Notes under the pieces: generated by a model
Databases searched by the model: none
Told to the model about the DNA's origin: nothing
Seen by the model: the letters and a program-made list of their open reading frames with translations, nothing else
Program-made: the position numbers and the translations under genes
In this document: piece after piece, positions 1 through 43,134 of the stretch
Layout of the letters: every line of letters starts with the position of its first letter
Position numbering within the stretch: position 1 is the first letter of the stretch
Assembly: GCA_020137815.1 (NCBI GenBank)
Contig: CM035352.1
Coordinates: 4,030,001-4,094,000, forward strand
Reading direction: 5' to 3'
DNA length: 64,000 nucleotides
Source: Hormiphora californensis
Lineage: Eukaryota > Animalia > Ctenophora

Positions 1-164
1 TCTTTGTGTTTTTGCAACTTGAACAATTATTTCCCTTCCCACTAAAAATTGCTAGATTTAATACTATACCTGCTATGTTCCCTGCTATATCAATCCCTTG
101 GGTCCGGTGATCCCTCTTCTTCCCACGCACACAAATTTACCCCCCCCCCCACCCCCGCCCCTAG

Positions 165-24487
<24,323 letters not shown>

Positions 24488-24624
24488 TAACATTAAAGTA
24501 CAATTGTAGTTGTATTACTATGTATTACTATGTATTACTATGTATGTAAATTGGTCCTGTCGACAGGACAGCTAGGCTGTCAGGCCAATGCTCTGACTAT
24601 GACCGCGGTTCTTGCTTATCAATA

Positions 24625-25237
24625 CAGTCGGACCCCGATTTAACGGCCCCCGATTTAGCGGCACCCCGATTTAACGGCATGATAAATTTCCCCCAAAATT
24701 TTTTGAAATTTTTTTTGAAATTTTTTTGAAATTTTTTTGAAAAACCACGTCCGAATCGTGTTTCGAATCGGTGCATCTTATTGCATGTCTTGCCGGTAAT
24801 TAGACGGTTCAAAACGAACAGATATGTGATCCCCATGAGGCCCATCGAATCGCAATTTTGACGCTTGTTAAACTGGCCTCATGGGGATCACGTATCGGTT
24901 CGTTTCGAACCGTCTAATTAGCAGCAAGACATGCGATAAGATGCACTGATTCGATAAACGATTCGGACGTGGTTGATATAGTACCTTAGAAAATTTTCAT
25001 AACTTTTTTTGAAGTTTAAAAAAAACTATTTTCTTTTTCTAACCAGAAATGATCATGTAATCAATACAATGTATGTCATGGACATTGCATTTAACACTTA
25101 GAGGTGTTTTAGTATAGCATTTTGGACAAAAATAGGGTTTTATGGGCCAAATATGCTCTACCCCGATTTAACGGACACCCCGATTTAACGGACAAAACCC
25201 TTTCCCCCGAGGGTGCCGTTAAATCGGGGTCCGACTG
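24625..25237. mobile_element. Tc1/mariner (pogo-like) non-autonomous element
   Basis: TA flanks; TIR CAGTCGGACCCCGATTTAACGGC; internal ~230-bp imperfect palindrome 24743-24974. Confidence 0.88.
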
Positions 25238-25547
25238 TATTTGAAAGAAATGAGAATAGAGAGTAGAGACAGCCCAATTTGAATGATATGACAGTATTGG
25301 TCTAACAATTTTTCTTACACAATTACTGGGAAAGTCTTACTTTATCGTAATTACTTTAGATCTTCACATGAGTTTTATCTGTGTCACACACTGTGTGTAT
25401 TTTTTACTTTTAACTAATTTATCGAAATTATTCAGATTTGAAAATTGATATTTTTTTCAAGAAATTTATACATATTTTTGTAGTGCTTTTCACAAATAAG
25501 GAAGTGAGTTTGTATTTGCACCGTGGCTCGTACGTTCAAGTAATTTT

Positions 25548-27186
25548 GGGTACCGGACAGAAACTCGAACGGACGATAACTCGAACTCGAACTCGAAAAT
25601 TTCGGACTATAACTCACTTTTGAAAATGTCGAATTTAGGTGAGTTATAGTCCGGATCAGGTGACTTTCTGTCCGCCCCACTGTTTAGCACTATTTACGGT
25701 GAGTTAGAGTCCGGGCGGACACTAACTCACCTATTCGACAGTTGTTGGGGCCAAGGTGAGTTTCTGTCCGCTAAAAATGTCGAAATTCGACTTTTTGTCC
25801 GCCCTCTAAACTCACAAATTCGGACTACAACTCACTTTCGGTAGACAGGGGGAACAAGAGTGACAGGGAAAGGGCGGGAAAATATGTGAGTTTTTGTCCG
25901 CTTAAATAGCGAATTTCGATTTTCTGTCCGGACTAGAACTCACTTCATGCATAGAGAGAAAAAGGCGGGAAGACATGGCGGCGTCGTTGGCAGAGAGAGG
26001 GATGCAAAGTTGTAGAGAGAGCCTGACAGAGAGAGAGAGAGAGAGAGAGAGGGGAGAAAGGGCGGGCTAGTTCAGTTCTCGTTGTTCACTCATACATTGG
26101 TTGAGCTCTGCTTCTCTTTGTCTCTCTAGTCTCTAGCTCCCGGGCTTAATTCCCATCTCGGATCTCTCATCCAATGAGTCATCGTTCATCACCTGCAGTG
26201 GTCCTCCTCTCCAATCTGTTCCCAACCAGCCTAGCTGCATGCTGCAGCTGCTCTCCTACTCAGTGACTCACCTATCCTTCACTCGACAATCTATCACACC
26301 GTTCAAAGAGGAAGAGAGATGGAGAGACAAAGAGAGAGGAAGAGAGATGGAGAGACAAAGAGAGCTGTTCATCACTCGCAGTGGATTTTTTTCCTCTCCA
26401 ATCTGTTCCCGACCTGCCTATAGAGTATAGCTACCTACCTATCCTCGACAATCTATCATAGCGAGACCTACTGATTGTGGATCCTTCCTCCTTATCAACA
26501 CCATACCCACTATGCAATTACGACTCAAGACTTCTCTCTACTGAGTCCAGTCCGATCCTGTATAATATAACTCCATCATCTGTTTCTGAAGAGCAGCACG
26601 GAGAGAGGGAAAGAGGGAAAGAGAGAGCGAGAGAGAAAAAGAGAGAGGAAGGGAGGTAGAGATAGAGAGAGGGAAAGAGAGATGTGAAGGGAGATAGAGA
26701 AAGGGATGGGAGATGGGTTTTACAGTGTATTTATGTCAACCACTCAACTTGTTTCTCTTGTAATTATGATAGCTAGCACAAAAAAAACTCAAAACTCCTG
26801 TTTGGAAACCTATTTCATTGGCCGGACAGAAACTCACTTGCCTTGGGCACGTCGCGCCCCCCATGTTCGCGCGCCCGTAGGGCGATCCCCTCGCAGGCAA
26901 TCACCTGCCATGGAAAATGAAAATGTCACCAGAATTTTCGACATTTTCGTAGGTTTAGCAAGTGAGTTTCTGTCCGCCAACTCGAAACAAAATTCGAGTT
27001 ATTGTCCGCATAACTCACCTAGGTGAGTTTAAATTTCGAGATTTTGTCCTAGCTATCGACTTTTTGTCCTAGCAAAAAGTCGAAAATAATGCGGACAGAA
27101 AGTCACCAGAAAAAAAAATCGACGCCAATTTTCGGACAATAACTCACTTTCGAGTTACTGTCCAGGTGAGTTACAGTCCTAACGCC
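25548..27186. mobile_element. Non-autonomous foldback/MULE-like element, copy 2 (inverted relative to copy 1)
   Basis: 8-bp TSD GTAATTTT at 25540-25547 and 27187-27194; reverse-complement similarity to 21663-23503. Confidence 0.8.
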
Positions 27187-28071
27187 GTAATTTTGGGGAT
27201 CCTGATTACGGAACAGGAGAGTTAAACTACAACTGTGCTGCCATCAAACGCCGCGCGAAGACAATATTTAGCGCGCGCGATCCGATTTGATGAGCCAAAT
27301 AATAAAATTTCAAATTGATAATCCTGCATTTTCGGAACGTGTTCGTCTCACCATTGCGCGTCGCATGCTGTACCAAACCCGAGTGAACAAGCTAACAATA
27401 GTGCAATTACATGCGCGCGATGTACTATATCGCATGGAAGTTCACTATTGTTAGCTCGCTCACCCGGGCTAGCTCCTGCACCCGCGACGCGCAATGCCGA
27501 GACGAACACGCTCCGAAAAGAGAGCATAAGCTTTTTTTCCTTTTTTTTTCTTATCGTTTTGTTAAATTTTTCTCTTCGCCAGAGCACAGACCCGAAGTAT
27601 GGCTGTGTGATGCGTCCCATCACCCATGACCCATGGCTCTAGGGTGAAAGAGTTGAAGAAAATGTCAAAATACCCAAAAAGTCGGGAAATGACGCGATTT
27701 TTGATGAAAACTTGCCGAAAATGATAAATTTACAGTAAACGCACCTCCGAAAATGCTTAATCCGCGGTGGAGTGTTTAGTTTTTAGGTCCAGTCTGGCAG
27801 ACCCAGCGGCAATGTTACATTTTTGGTCGCGCTGGACCCACAATTTCGGCCGTGGATGAAAGCTGAGTACCGCCACTGAGTGCAGCTGATTTAAGAACCC
27901 ATAACGGGAGTCCCCCTGTAGGCTGTACCGGGTGGCGTGTACCCGATGGTGAATTTTGACATGTCTCTTGAATTTAACTAACTATTTCATTAGAAAAGTC
28001 AGCGTCATGTTAACTCCATAATCTGTGTACGAACTTGAAGGGGCGACTGCAGGGGATCCCAATTTTACAAA

Positions 28072-34063
<5,992 letters not shown>

Positions 34064-36015
34064 ATTGTTGCTACTACTTCCAGGTCAGGCACACACGCCT
34101 GGAAGTAGGAAGGGATGTCATTCGGGGCCTGGCAAGGCCCCCCGACCCGAATATAATCCAAACTCAACCCATCCCCCCTAAAACATCCCCCCTAAAACTA
34201 AAACAACGGGGCCGAGCCGACAGGCCCTTAATACCAGATGAAAAAAAACCATAACCATAAACCATAAACCATAACCATAACCATAGATATTTTTAGAGTG
34301 AAAGTTTTGAAGCCCCCTGAAGTAGTAGAGAGGTGTTCTATGGCTCGTTGGAAAGGTCTCGAGGTCCCGCGACGTATAGGGGGTGTGGCGATGGCCATAC
34401 CCAAACCTATAAGGGGTAGGACGCGAAAAACAGTCAAAATAAGGGGTATACAGAACTCGGCAATTAGAAGGAGTAGAAAGGTGTTCTAGGGTGCGTTCGA
34501 AAGCTCTCGAGATGCTGAAGTAATTGGAATGTAATTGGAAGTAATTACATGTAATTAAAATGTAATTACATGTAATTAAAGGTTAATTACATGTAATTAA
34601 AAGGTCTAAATGACCCCAAATGACAATTCAGACATATTTTGACATATTTGAAGGCCCTGAGACCAGCGGGTGGCAAAATTTAATCCGGTTTCGGGTCGGC
34701 TGACGTAAAAACTCCGCGTTTTGGTCGAGGTATATAATATGTAATTTCCAGTGCATTATCACAACAAATGGTGGTATTAATATAATTTTGGACTAATCGC
34801 CTCTTTTTTACAGTGGTGCTCGACCCAAGATAACAGTTGTGAGAAAGCCAAGGAAGGACAAGTTTGAGAAGACGTTAGAGAGACAACAGGTGCTGAGACA
34901 CCGTCCCGATAACTACGGGGCGGCCAACCCTGCTGTACCGGACAGGACGAATATAAAACCATTTGATGATGCCGGTACACCCCCCGGTCCACCACCACCC
35001 CCACCTGGAGAGGACTGAAATTTTATTTTGGGATTTTAGAAACTAAGAATAAAGGCTATATTGAACTATGGCAGTTAGAAAGTATTTGAGCAGTACAAAT
35101 TATTGGATGCTAAACTAGGACATGTTGCGATTATGAACATGTTCGAACAGACACTATGTACAGTGCTGTCTGGCGGCGCCATACCCCATTTGATTCTCAA
35201 ATTGGATCGACAGTGCGCTCAGATGGGTCGCGGCGCCAGACAGGTACGTGGCCCGTATTGAATACGGTATTCTTAAATTTTCAACTTTCGATTTGTAATG
35301 TAATATTGTGTTTATCTGATAGAACTCTTCGATTGCTGGTCAAAATTTTGTTTCTTTTTGATGTACGACCAACTGATAAGAATTTATGAGCGATAAGCCA
35401 AAAGTTCTATTTTTAAAATCAAATTTGGCACGCGCAAAACAACGCCGAGCACAAGGCTAAAAAACGCCGCGCATTTGCTCAAAACAGCGCCGCGCGCGTT
35501 AAATTACATGATTTCGACGAAAAAAAGTTTATTTTATTTTGTGAACTTGAAAAAAGTTCGGCGAGCCAAAGTTTTCGGGGGCCAGCTGCAGCCCCCTCGT
35601 GCACGCACCTTATAAGGGGCATGCAGCGTATGCCAATGGCCAGCAGCATTTGCCAAATTTTAAATACAATATTGGAATTTGGACTGGATACCACTGGTTA
35701 AAACTTAAAAGGGAGGGTGAGCTGGGACCTGGGTCCTGGGAGAAACTGAAACCTGTAAAGCAGTCAACACCTGTACGAAGACAATTACAATATAACACCC
35801 TAGCCTTGGGTGCACACTACACAGACTATAAGTTGAAAATTTAAACGATCTCCAGACTCAATTGGCGGAGTTTGTAGAAAAACCAAAGTAGTTACATTCA
35901 CTGAGCCCCTCCAAAGTCCAAACGTTTGCTATTTAGTATTTGCTTGGGCGAATTGTTACATATTTGTTGAATGACTCCCTCTTCAAAACGTTTAGGTTGC
36001 ATGTTTTATTAGTGC

Positions 36016-37047
36016 ATGCTACTGGTTCAACGAGTTGGTAGCAGGTTGTTTTGTTCGAACAAGGCAAGTAGCAGGTTGTTTATGGGAAGCTATTTTTCTG
36101 ACACTGGACCACGACCCCCAATGCAGGTATTGTGGGAAGCATCCGTTCAGTTGCTGATCCTGTAAATCTACTAATTTAGTAGTTTTCAAGCTGATCTAAT
36201 AGTTAGTTTACAGGGAGTATCAGAAACACACGCAGTGAACAGGAACAGGATGTTCCCACCCTTCCCTGAGAATACCAGCTCAGCAATGTTCGGGATGGGT
36301 TGTTTCTGGGGTGTGGAGAGACGGTTCTGGCAAGTCAACGGGGTTTACTCTACACACGTGAGTAGAGGAATCTGGAAGTTTTGTAGTGCAGCGAGAGATA
36401 CAATAAGAACACTTTTTTGTACTTTTGTGTGACTTTTTTGAAGAACACCCTGTATAAATTAATGAGCTCCTCACGCTTTGTATTCAGGTGGGCTACGCAG
36501 GGGGTCAAACTAAAGACCCCGACTACCGAGCAGTGTGCTCTGAAAGAACGGGACACGCAGAGGTAGTGAGGGTAATCTATGAGCCTGATAATGTGTCATA
36601 TGGGGACCTTCTAAAGGTCTTTTGGGAAAATCATGACCCCACTACACTGAACCAACAGGGAAACGATAGAGGTAAAACAATACATGTGAGATTGGTTGGT
36701 TGCAGAAGTAGCTCCGTCCATGGTTGTATTTATTGTTCTCCTGTATTGAGTATTCTCGTTCCCACCACCATTAGCTTATTCCATGTGTTTATCAAGTACT
36801 CGCCCAAGGTACCCAATACCGCTCTGCGATATATTGCACTGACGAGGAGCAGCTCAAGGAGGCCCAGGCAAGTGCCTCAGTTTACCGAACCAACCTGAAG
36901 GATGGAGGAGTGAAGAGAGACATTACGACGGAGATCAAGGTGGAGAAGGAGTTTTATTACGCCGAGGACTACCACCAACAATATCTTCACAAGAATCCAG
37001 GGGGATATTGTAGTATGAGAGGTACCGGAATCAAATGTTCTATTTGA
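36016..37047 (+). CDS. MSRA: Peptide methionine sulfoxide reductase A
   Basis: Exons 36016-36126, 36214-36357 (GMGCFWGVE), 36488-36671 (GHAEVV, HDPT..QGND), 36809-37047 ([15 protein letters not shown]). Confidence 0.95.
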
Positions 37048-37386
37048 GTCAAGCTATAGTCAAAAAGTCCGTGACATTTTGAAACGTATTTGTATAAAAG
37101 TGGCCCTTTCAATAGTTGAGTGTCGATTAGGCACGATAGAGATCAATCGATTAAGTAATTTCATAATGAGATATTTGATTGAAACAATTGTTTGGAAATA
37201 AAAGTGACCCTTTTTCAAGTTATAGTGTGCAGAGAGATTTTTAGTCTGTTATGTGTTTTGATTTGTTTCTTCCAAAGTAAAGCCTAAACCATTAGCCCCC
37301 ACTATTAGGCCCCACCAATGCCCACCATTAGGCCCCACTTCTAATACCTGCACCCTCCCCCCTTCTGACACCCACCCTATTATAGC

Positions 37387-38799
37387 ATGGTAGGTGTTGG
37401 TATCTCCTTTGGTTGTTCCTCAGCTACACTGGCAGTCTGCAGGGACGGTTCACGAAGTGAGGTGGTAGCTAACAGTGCCGGTGACAGAGCCACCTCCACT
37501 ATTGTAGCGGTAATGGACGGTGAAATCCTCACTGGTACACCCGCTCTCCAGGCGCAACTGAGACAACCCGCCCAGTCAGTGACCCAGCTGAAGCGTCTCC
37601 TTGCTGGCATCCCTGCGGAGGAGCAGCCGTGCAGGCTGGAGGAGAGGAAAGGGGAGATGGTGGTCAACTTCTCAGACACCGCCAAGGGGGTTAGTCAGCT
37701 GGTGAAGGGGGTGTTTAGTAATCTGAAAGAGACCGCTGATAGTGCACTAGGTAGTGAGGGTAGTTTTGATACTGTCCTGTGCGTACCACCCACCTGCCCG
37801 CCCCAATACGCCAACACACTCCGCTCGTGTGCTGCCAGTGCTGGATTTAATGTAGTGGGGACCATCACAGAACCAATAGCAGCCCTCTCTACCCAGGACA
37901 CCATCACATCTGGACTGACGCTAGTGGTCAGGGTTGGAGGGTATAGCTCCTCTCTATCCCTTGTAAGATGCACCTCAGGGCTCTACAATCTAGTGGACCA
38001 CATGGAGGTCAGGATTGGGGGTAGGGACATGGATCTGGCCGTAGGAGGTTTCCTTCAACAAGAATTCAACAGGAAACACAAGTGCAAAGTGGAGGAAAAT
38101 CAAAGGAGCATGGGAAAGATTCTACGAGCTGCTAAACAGGCAAAACATGGCCTATCCACACAGAACACTACTGAGTATAATATCGAGAGTTTGTTTGAGG
38201 GGATCGATCACATTGGATCCCTCTCTCGGCCACGATTTGAAACACTGATCCAGCCGTCCGTCTCCAAGATCCAGGACACGATAAAAGAGTTTGCAAGTAA
38301 ACATGATCTCACCAATCTTAGTGCAGTGGTTCTATCAGGTGGATCTACAAGAATACCAAAGGTGCAGTCAGTGGTCCGATCCTCCTTCCCTAACACTCAA
38401 TATGTGTTTGATTCTCCTGATGAAATATCTGCCATGGGGGCTGCAGACCACGCCTTCCAACTGGCATCCTACCCCGATCTCCTGAAGAACATCACCCTGG
38501 AAAGTGACGGGAGTGTGTCTTTATCAGTTGTGCCTGATGATGTCGTGGCGGTGGTCAGTGGAGATGAGAGAGTTGTTGTTGTGGAGAAGGGGGCTGCTCT
38601 GCCCTGTAAGAGGGAGGTACCACTACCAGAGGGGAAGGAGGTGATGCTGAGGTGTGGTGAGGTTATCCTGAGCCGCATTGAGGTACAGAACTGTGATGGA
38701 GATGTGGTGCTGGGTCTTGATATCGCCGAGGATGGAAGTATGGAGGGTGTTATCAGGGATGACAATGAGAGAACGAATTTCTCTATACCTTCCAACTAG
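37387..38799 (+). CDS. HSPA14: Atypical Hsp70, HSPA14/Hsp70L1-like (intronless)
   Basis: 470 aa; VGISFG..VVANSAGDRAT, ITEPIAA, GGRDMD, VVLSGGSTRIPKVQ; short C-terminus. Confidence 0.85.
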   Translation: MVGVGISFGCSSATLAVCRDGSRSEVVANSAGDRATSTIVAVMDGEILTGTPALQAQLRQPAQSVTQLKRLLAGIPAEEQPCRLEERKGEMVVNFSDTAKGVSQLVKGVFSNLKETADSALGSEGSFDTVLCVPPTCPPQYANTLRSCAASAGFNVVGTITEPIAALSTQDTITSGLTLVVRVGGYSSSLSLVRCTSGLYNLVDHMEVRIGGRDMDLAVGGFLQQEFNRKHKCKVEENQRSMGKILRAAKQAKHGLSTQNTTEYNIESLFEGIDHIGSLSRPRFETLIQPSVSKIQDTIKEFASKHDLTNLSAVVLSGGSTRIPKVQSVVRSSFPNTQYVFDSPDEISAMGAADHAFQLASYPDLLKNITLESDGSVSLSVVPDDVVAVVSGDERVVVVEKGAALPCKREVPLPEGKEVMLRCGEVILSRIEVQNCDGDVVLGLDIAEDGSMEGVIRDDNERTNFSIPSN

Positions 38800-38955
38800 A
38801 GTGAGAGGAGGAGGGTTTTATAAAGTTTTTAATGGTAGTTGTATTTTATACAGAGCTTATTGTTTAATTGTGTTTTACAACCTTCCTTCCCCCCTGCCCC
38901 GTACACCCCAATCTCCCCCTTTATACATCTAGTGACATCTATATTTCTATAGACT

Positions 38956-41561
38956 ATGGTCAAGGCAGTCATTCTTGTGGGTGGGCCCGGTAAGGGAACC
39001 CGATTCAGGCCCCTCTCTCTAGAGATTGCCAAACCACTCTTCCCCCTGGCTGGGCGGGCTATGATAGAACATCACATCGAGGCATGCAGTAAACTCAACG
39101 ACATGCAGGAAGTTATATTGATTGGCTCTGAACCCACATCCGAAATGACACCTTTTGTTAGAGAGGTAGGAATTGTAGTGTGAGATAGGATGTAAAGGAC
39201 AGTATGTGTGTTGTATGTGTACTTATTGTTCGACAATACTGTTCTAACACAAGGCTCTCTCCTCAGGCTTCTAATAAATACGGAGTAAGTGTTGTCTACC
39301 TACAGGAGTACAAACCTTTGGGAACAGGTAAATAGAGCTGCAGGAGTGCTAGAGTAACACTCCCCCTTACTAACATTTTCCTTACTAACATGTCACTCTC
39401 CCTCTCAGCCTCCCCTCCCCAGCCCCCTCTCCTGCTCCCTACTAACATGTTCCCCTCTTCATGTCACCTCCCCCAGCCCCCTCTCCTGTTTAGTACTAAC
39501 ATGTCCCCTCTCCCTCTTCATGTCACCTACCCCAGCCCTCCTGTTTCTTACTAACATGTCCCTCTCTCCCTCTTCATGTCACCTCCCTCAGCCCCCTCTC
39601 CTGCTCCCTACTAACATGTCCCCCTCTCTCCCTCCCAGCGGGTGGGATCTTCCATTTCCGTGATCAGATCCGAAAAGGAAACCCCTCTTCCTTCTTTGTT
39701 ATGAATGCGGATGTGTGTTGTGATTTTCCTCTCCAGGAGATGCTCAATTCACATATGAGGCACGGTCGGGGTGATGTTATCACTATCATGGGCACGGAGG
39801 TGGAGAAAGCCCACAGCAGCCTGTACGGGTGTATTGTGGCCAATGACGCGAATAACAATGAGGTAGGGCGCGGGGTGAGATATTTGGGGAGAGCTGCGCG
39901 GACCCCGCGCGCGGTGGATGTGGCGCCTTCTCAAAGTGACTGGGAGAGGAGGTGGTGGAACTTTCGCTCAGTAGAGGATAACATTCGGCTGATCTGATGG
40001 TCTAACGTGTTCACATTCATCTCAGGTGGAACATTATGTTGAGAAGCCGGAGACATATGTTAGTAACACTATTAACTGTGGAATTTATGTGCTAGGAATT
40101 GGTGTCCTAGATCACATCAAGGTAAAATGAAGGTGATCAGGTTGTACAATTACATCCCTCTTTTTTTTATTTCCATCTATTGCCCATCCTGCAAGTTACT
40201 CACACCAGTACCCCAGAACCACTTCTCCCAGAGTCTGTTTAACGAACAAGAGAAACTCAGTACAGGAGATTCTGACAGCCAAGGATTAGAGAGGAATATT
40301 CTGACGAAATATGCCGGTTCGAGGAAACTGTTTGTCTTTAGACACCATGGCTTCTGGTCAGCGGTAAGTTTTACTTTTTACAAACAAAAACACCGAAGTA
40401 ACAGTAATAAGATTGAAGTATCGGCAAAACTTGAGCTCTCTGTTCAACGTCTACAGTAAGGGGTCTTACCCTGTAAGAGCATGGGCCTGACCCCATTATC
40501 ATTTAGCGAGAACCTCGGTCAGAGCCTGATAGGTCTTACTCAACAAAGTTCAACTGATTGAGTTCAACGAACTACTGACTAAACCACCATGTTTCCGTTC
40601 TGTCGTGCGGCAGAGTTTGGTACGCTATAACCTAGAGCCACACACACACCACCATGTTTCAGGTTAAAACCCCTGGCACAGCGGTATTCTCCTCTCAATT
40701 CTACCTTAGCAGACAGAGAGACATCAACCCTGAGAGACTAGCACGGGGGCCCAACATTATTGGAGATGTCCTGATCCACCCAACCGCTAAAGTTGCTAGT
40801 ACAGCTGTCCTGGGCCCTAATGTGACGATAGGGGCTAACACGATTGTAAAGGATGGTGTGAGGATTAAACATACTATTGTCCTGGACGGGTGTACGGTTA
40901 GTACTACACGGATACATAGCTTCTTGACTTGTTATGTTCTAACCCTCCTTTACATTTGTGCGAAACAGAGTCTAGCTAGGCAATTCTTGACCGGGACAAT
41001 AACTCTGTAAGGCTCTGTACTCTCTATAATATTAGTACCAACAATTTAACTTGCTTCCACCGAGGTTTGATTCCCGCCCTTGATGCAGTATCCCTCACCT
41101 TAACCCCCCTCTCTCTCTCTCAGATAGAGTCCCATGCGTGTATTCTGTACTCCGTGGTAGGTGGATCGACACAGGTGGGATCCTGGGCGAGGATTGAGGG
41201 GATACCAAACAATGTGAACCCAAACCAACCCTTCGCCCATGTTACTAATCCCTCGTGAGTACAATACATGTGTTTCCAGACGCAGCAATCACAAACAAAC
41301 AATACATGTGTTTCCACGCTCCATACAAGTTCAAATGTAACTTTCCTCTCCGGGCCCGGTTTGGAGAGCTAGGGCAGTCTTTTGTGAGACTAAACTAAAC
41401 CCCTCTCCCTTAGTACATTTAATGAGGATGGTAAATTGAACCCTAACATAACTGTCCTGGGACATAACACAACCATTTCCAAGGGAACTATGGTACTCAA
41501 CTCTATCATTCTACCCTACAAGGACATTGGGCACTCTTATAAAAATGTTATTTTGTTATAG
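38956..41561 (+). CDS. GMPPA: Mannose-1-phosphate guanylyltransferase alpha
   Basis: [55 protein letters not shown], hexapeptide repeats; multi-exon. Confidence 0.92.
39350..39638 (+). repeat. Intronic tandem repeat of branchpoint plus polypyrimidine tract
   Basis: ACTAACAT followed by C/T tract about six times before the CCCAG acceptor. Confidence 0.8.
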
Positions 41562-42822
41562 GGAGATGAAAAGAGAGAAACCTTTTCTCTGAGAAGCATG
41601 AGATACTCTCATTTTGGAGAATATATATTATTTTTCTGTAGAACAGATAGCGTGTTGAAATACGATTGAATCGTGTGTATTTTGTGTGTAGAGTTTTGTG
41701 CAAAGGGTGCCGTGTTTAACTGTGTGTAAATTTAAACTATATTCTGCTTAACTAAATCTCCTCGTTTTATAATTCTCCCAATACTGTGTGGTGTGCAACT
41801 GATGTCACTGAATTATCAGCCCCGCCCTGCACAGTGCAGCAACACAGAGCGTGTTCATTTGGAAGACTGCCAGCAACAAGCCTCCTCCACCTCCTGCTGC
41901 TAGTGTGCGCGCGCTTCAATTCCATGATGTTTGACGGGGCGGGCGCGCGTTTTTAGAATGCTGGGGTGCTGGAAAAGCAAACTCTTTTGAGGTCCAATCC
42001 GGTAGACCTCCTCACCCCAACACACACCCACAACACACACACATAGCATCGGAGGTATTGGGAAACATTACACAAGGGTTTAACCAAGGGGAAAAGAAAT
42101 AGCAAATTTCTATAACACCGAATTGTCATAAGATTGTAGAAGATATATCATTGCTGTTGCTTTGAGAGAGTGTGAACTGTGTTGTGTAATTGATGAACTT
42201 GTTTAGAAGTTGCAACATACTTTCCAACTCTCGCTTTATATTCTCTCAAATAATTTAAAACGTGTGTAATATCATCTAAATTTCTGTCTCTCATATTCTC
42301 TCTTATGCTCTAATTTCCTCTATCTCTACGCTTCTATTTCCTGTCTCTCACAGATCTAGAAATCAGCACCACCTGGACCCGCCATGTTGGATTACTCGCT
42401 ATCATTCTCTCTCTTTCTATCATTCTCTCTCTTTCAGTCTTTCTCTCTCTTTCTCTCTCTCTCTCACTCTCTTTCTCTCTCTCAGTTCATTTTACGGGAG
42501 CCTGTCTTCATGCAATCGCTGTTACATATACATTTTACACATTTGCGATAAATAATTTATAGGATCACACACACACATAAGGTTGAATAAATAAAAGTTC
42601 ATAAAAACCTGCGCAGTTCAAGCGCACGGGTATAATATTGGGGGAATAAAAGCGGTGCACAAAAAGAGAGAGGGATGGTGAGACATGTGTTGTATGTATG
42701 TATGTGTGTATTGAATCCAATTTTTAATTTAAGCGACAGGCCGGGTTCAAGTCGTAGGAACTCGATCTCGACCTCTTTGAATGTGCGGCGCGGCGGCCTG
42801 TCGCTTAAATAAAAAATTCGAC

Positions 42823-43075
42823 TAAAGTCGGATTTTTTGAAGTTGTCACCCTCCTTTTCACGCGCAGTGTCGTATTTGTGCGTGACAGTCCCCCACTTCC
42901 TCTCACTTTTCGGCAAAAAGCCGCATATCATCAGAAAGAGCATAATTTTGTGAGTCCGTAAAGTTTTTGTTTGACGAAATTGGTCAAGAAACAAAGGCGT
43001 GAGAGCAAAGGCAAGTTTCCGGTGCGTGCCACCTAGGGCCTAGGGGGGGTGACAACTTCAAAAAATCCGACTTTA
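42823..43075. mobile_element. MITE with ~29-bp TIRs, adjacent to a ~100-bp hairpin (42718-42820)
   Basis: TAAAGTCGGATTTTTTGAAGTTGTCACCC and its reverse complement; terminal fragment also at ~33155. Confidence 0.75.
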
Positions 43076-43134
43076 TATAATACGGATCAAAGAAGAGACA
43101 AGAAGAGAAGAGGGTACACACTAGGTACACCTCT

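Noticed and set aside
27195-27920. Probable older DNA element hosting foldback copy 2
   Set aside because: Transposon-like composition, but I could not find matching termini or a TSD.
34135-34735. Inverted-repeat fragments, (CCATAA)n and GTAATTACAT palindromes
   Set aside because: Likely a degenerate non-autonomous element; boundaries and TSD not definable, and the hexamer is not the TTAGGG telomere repeat.
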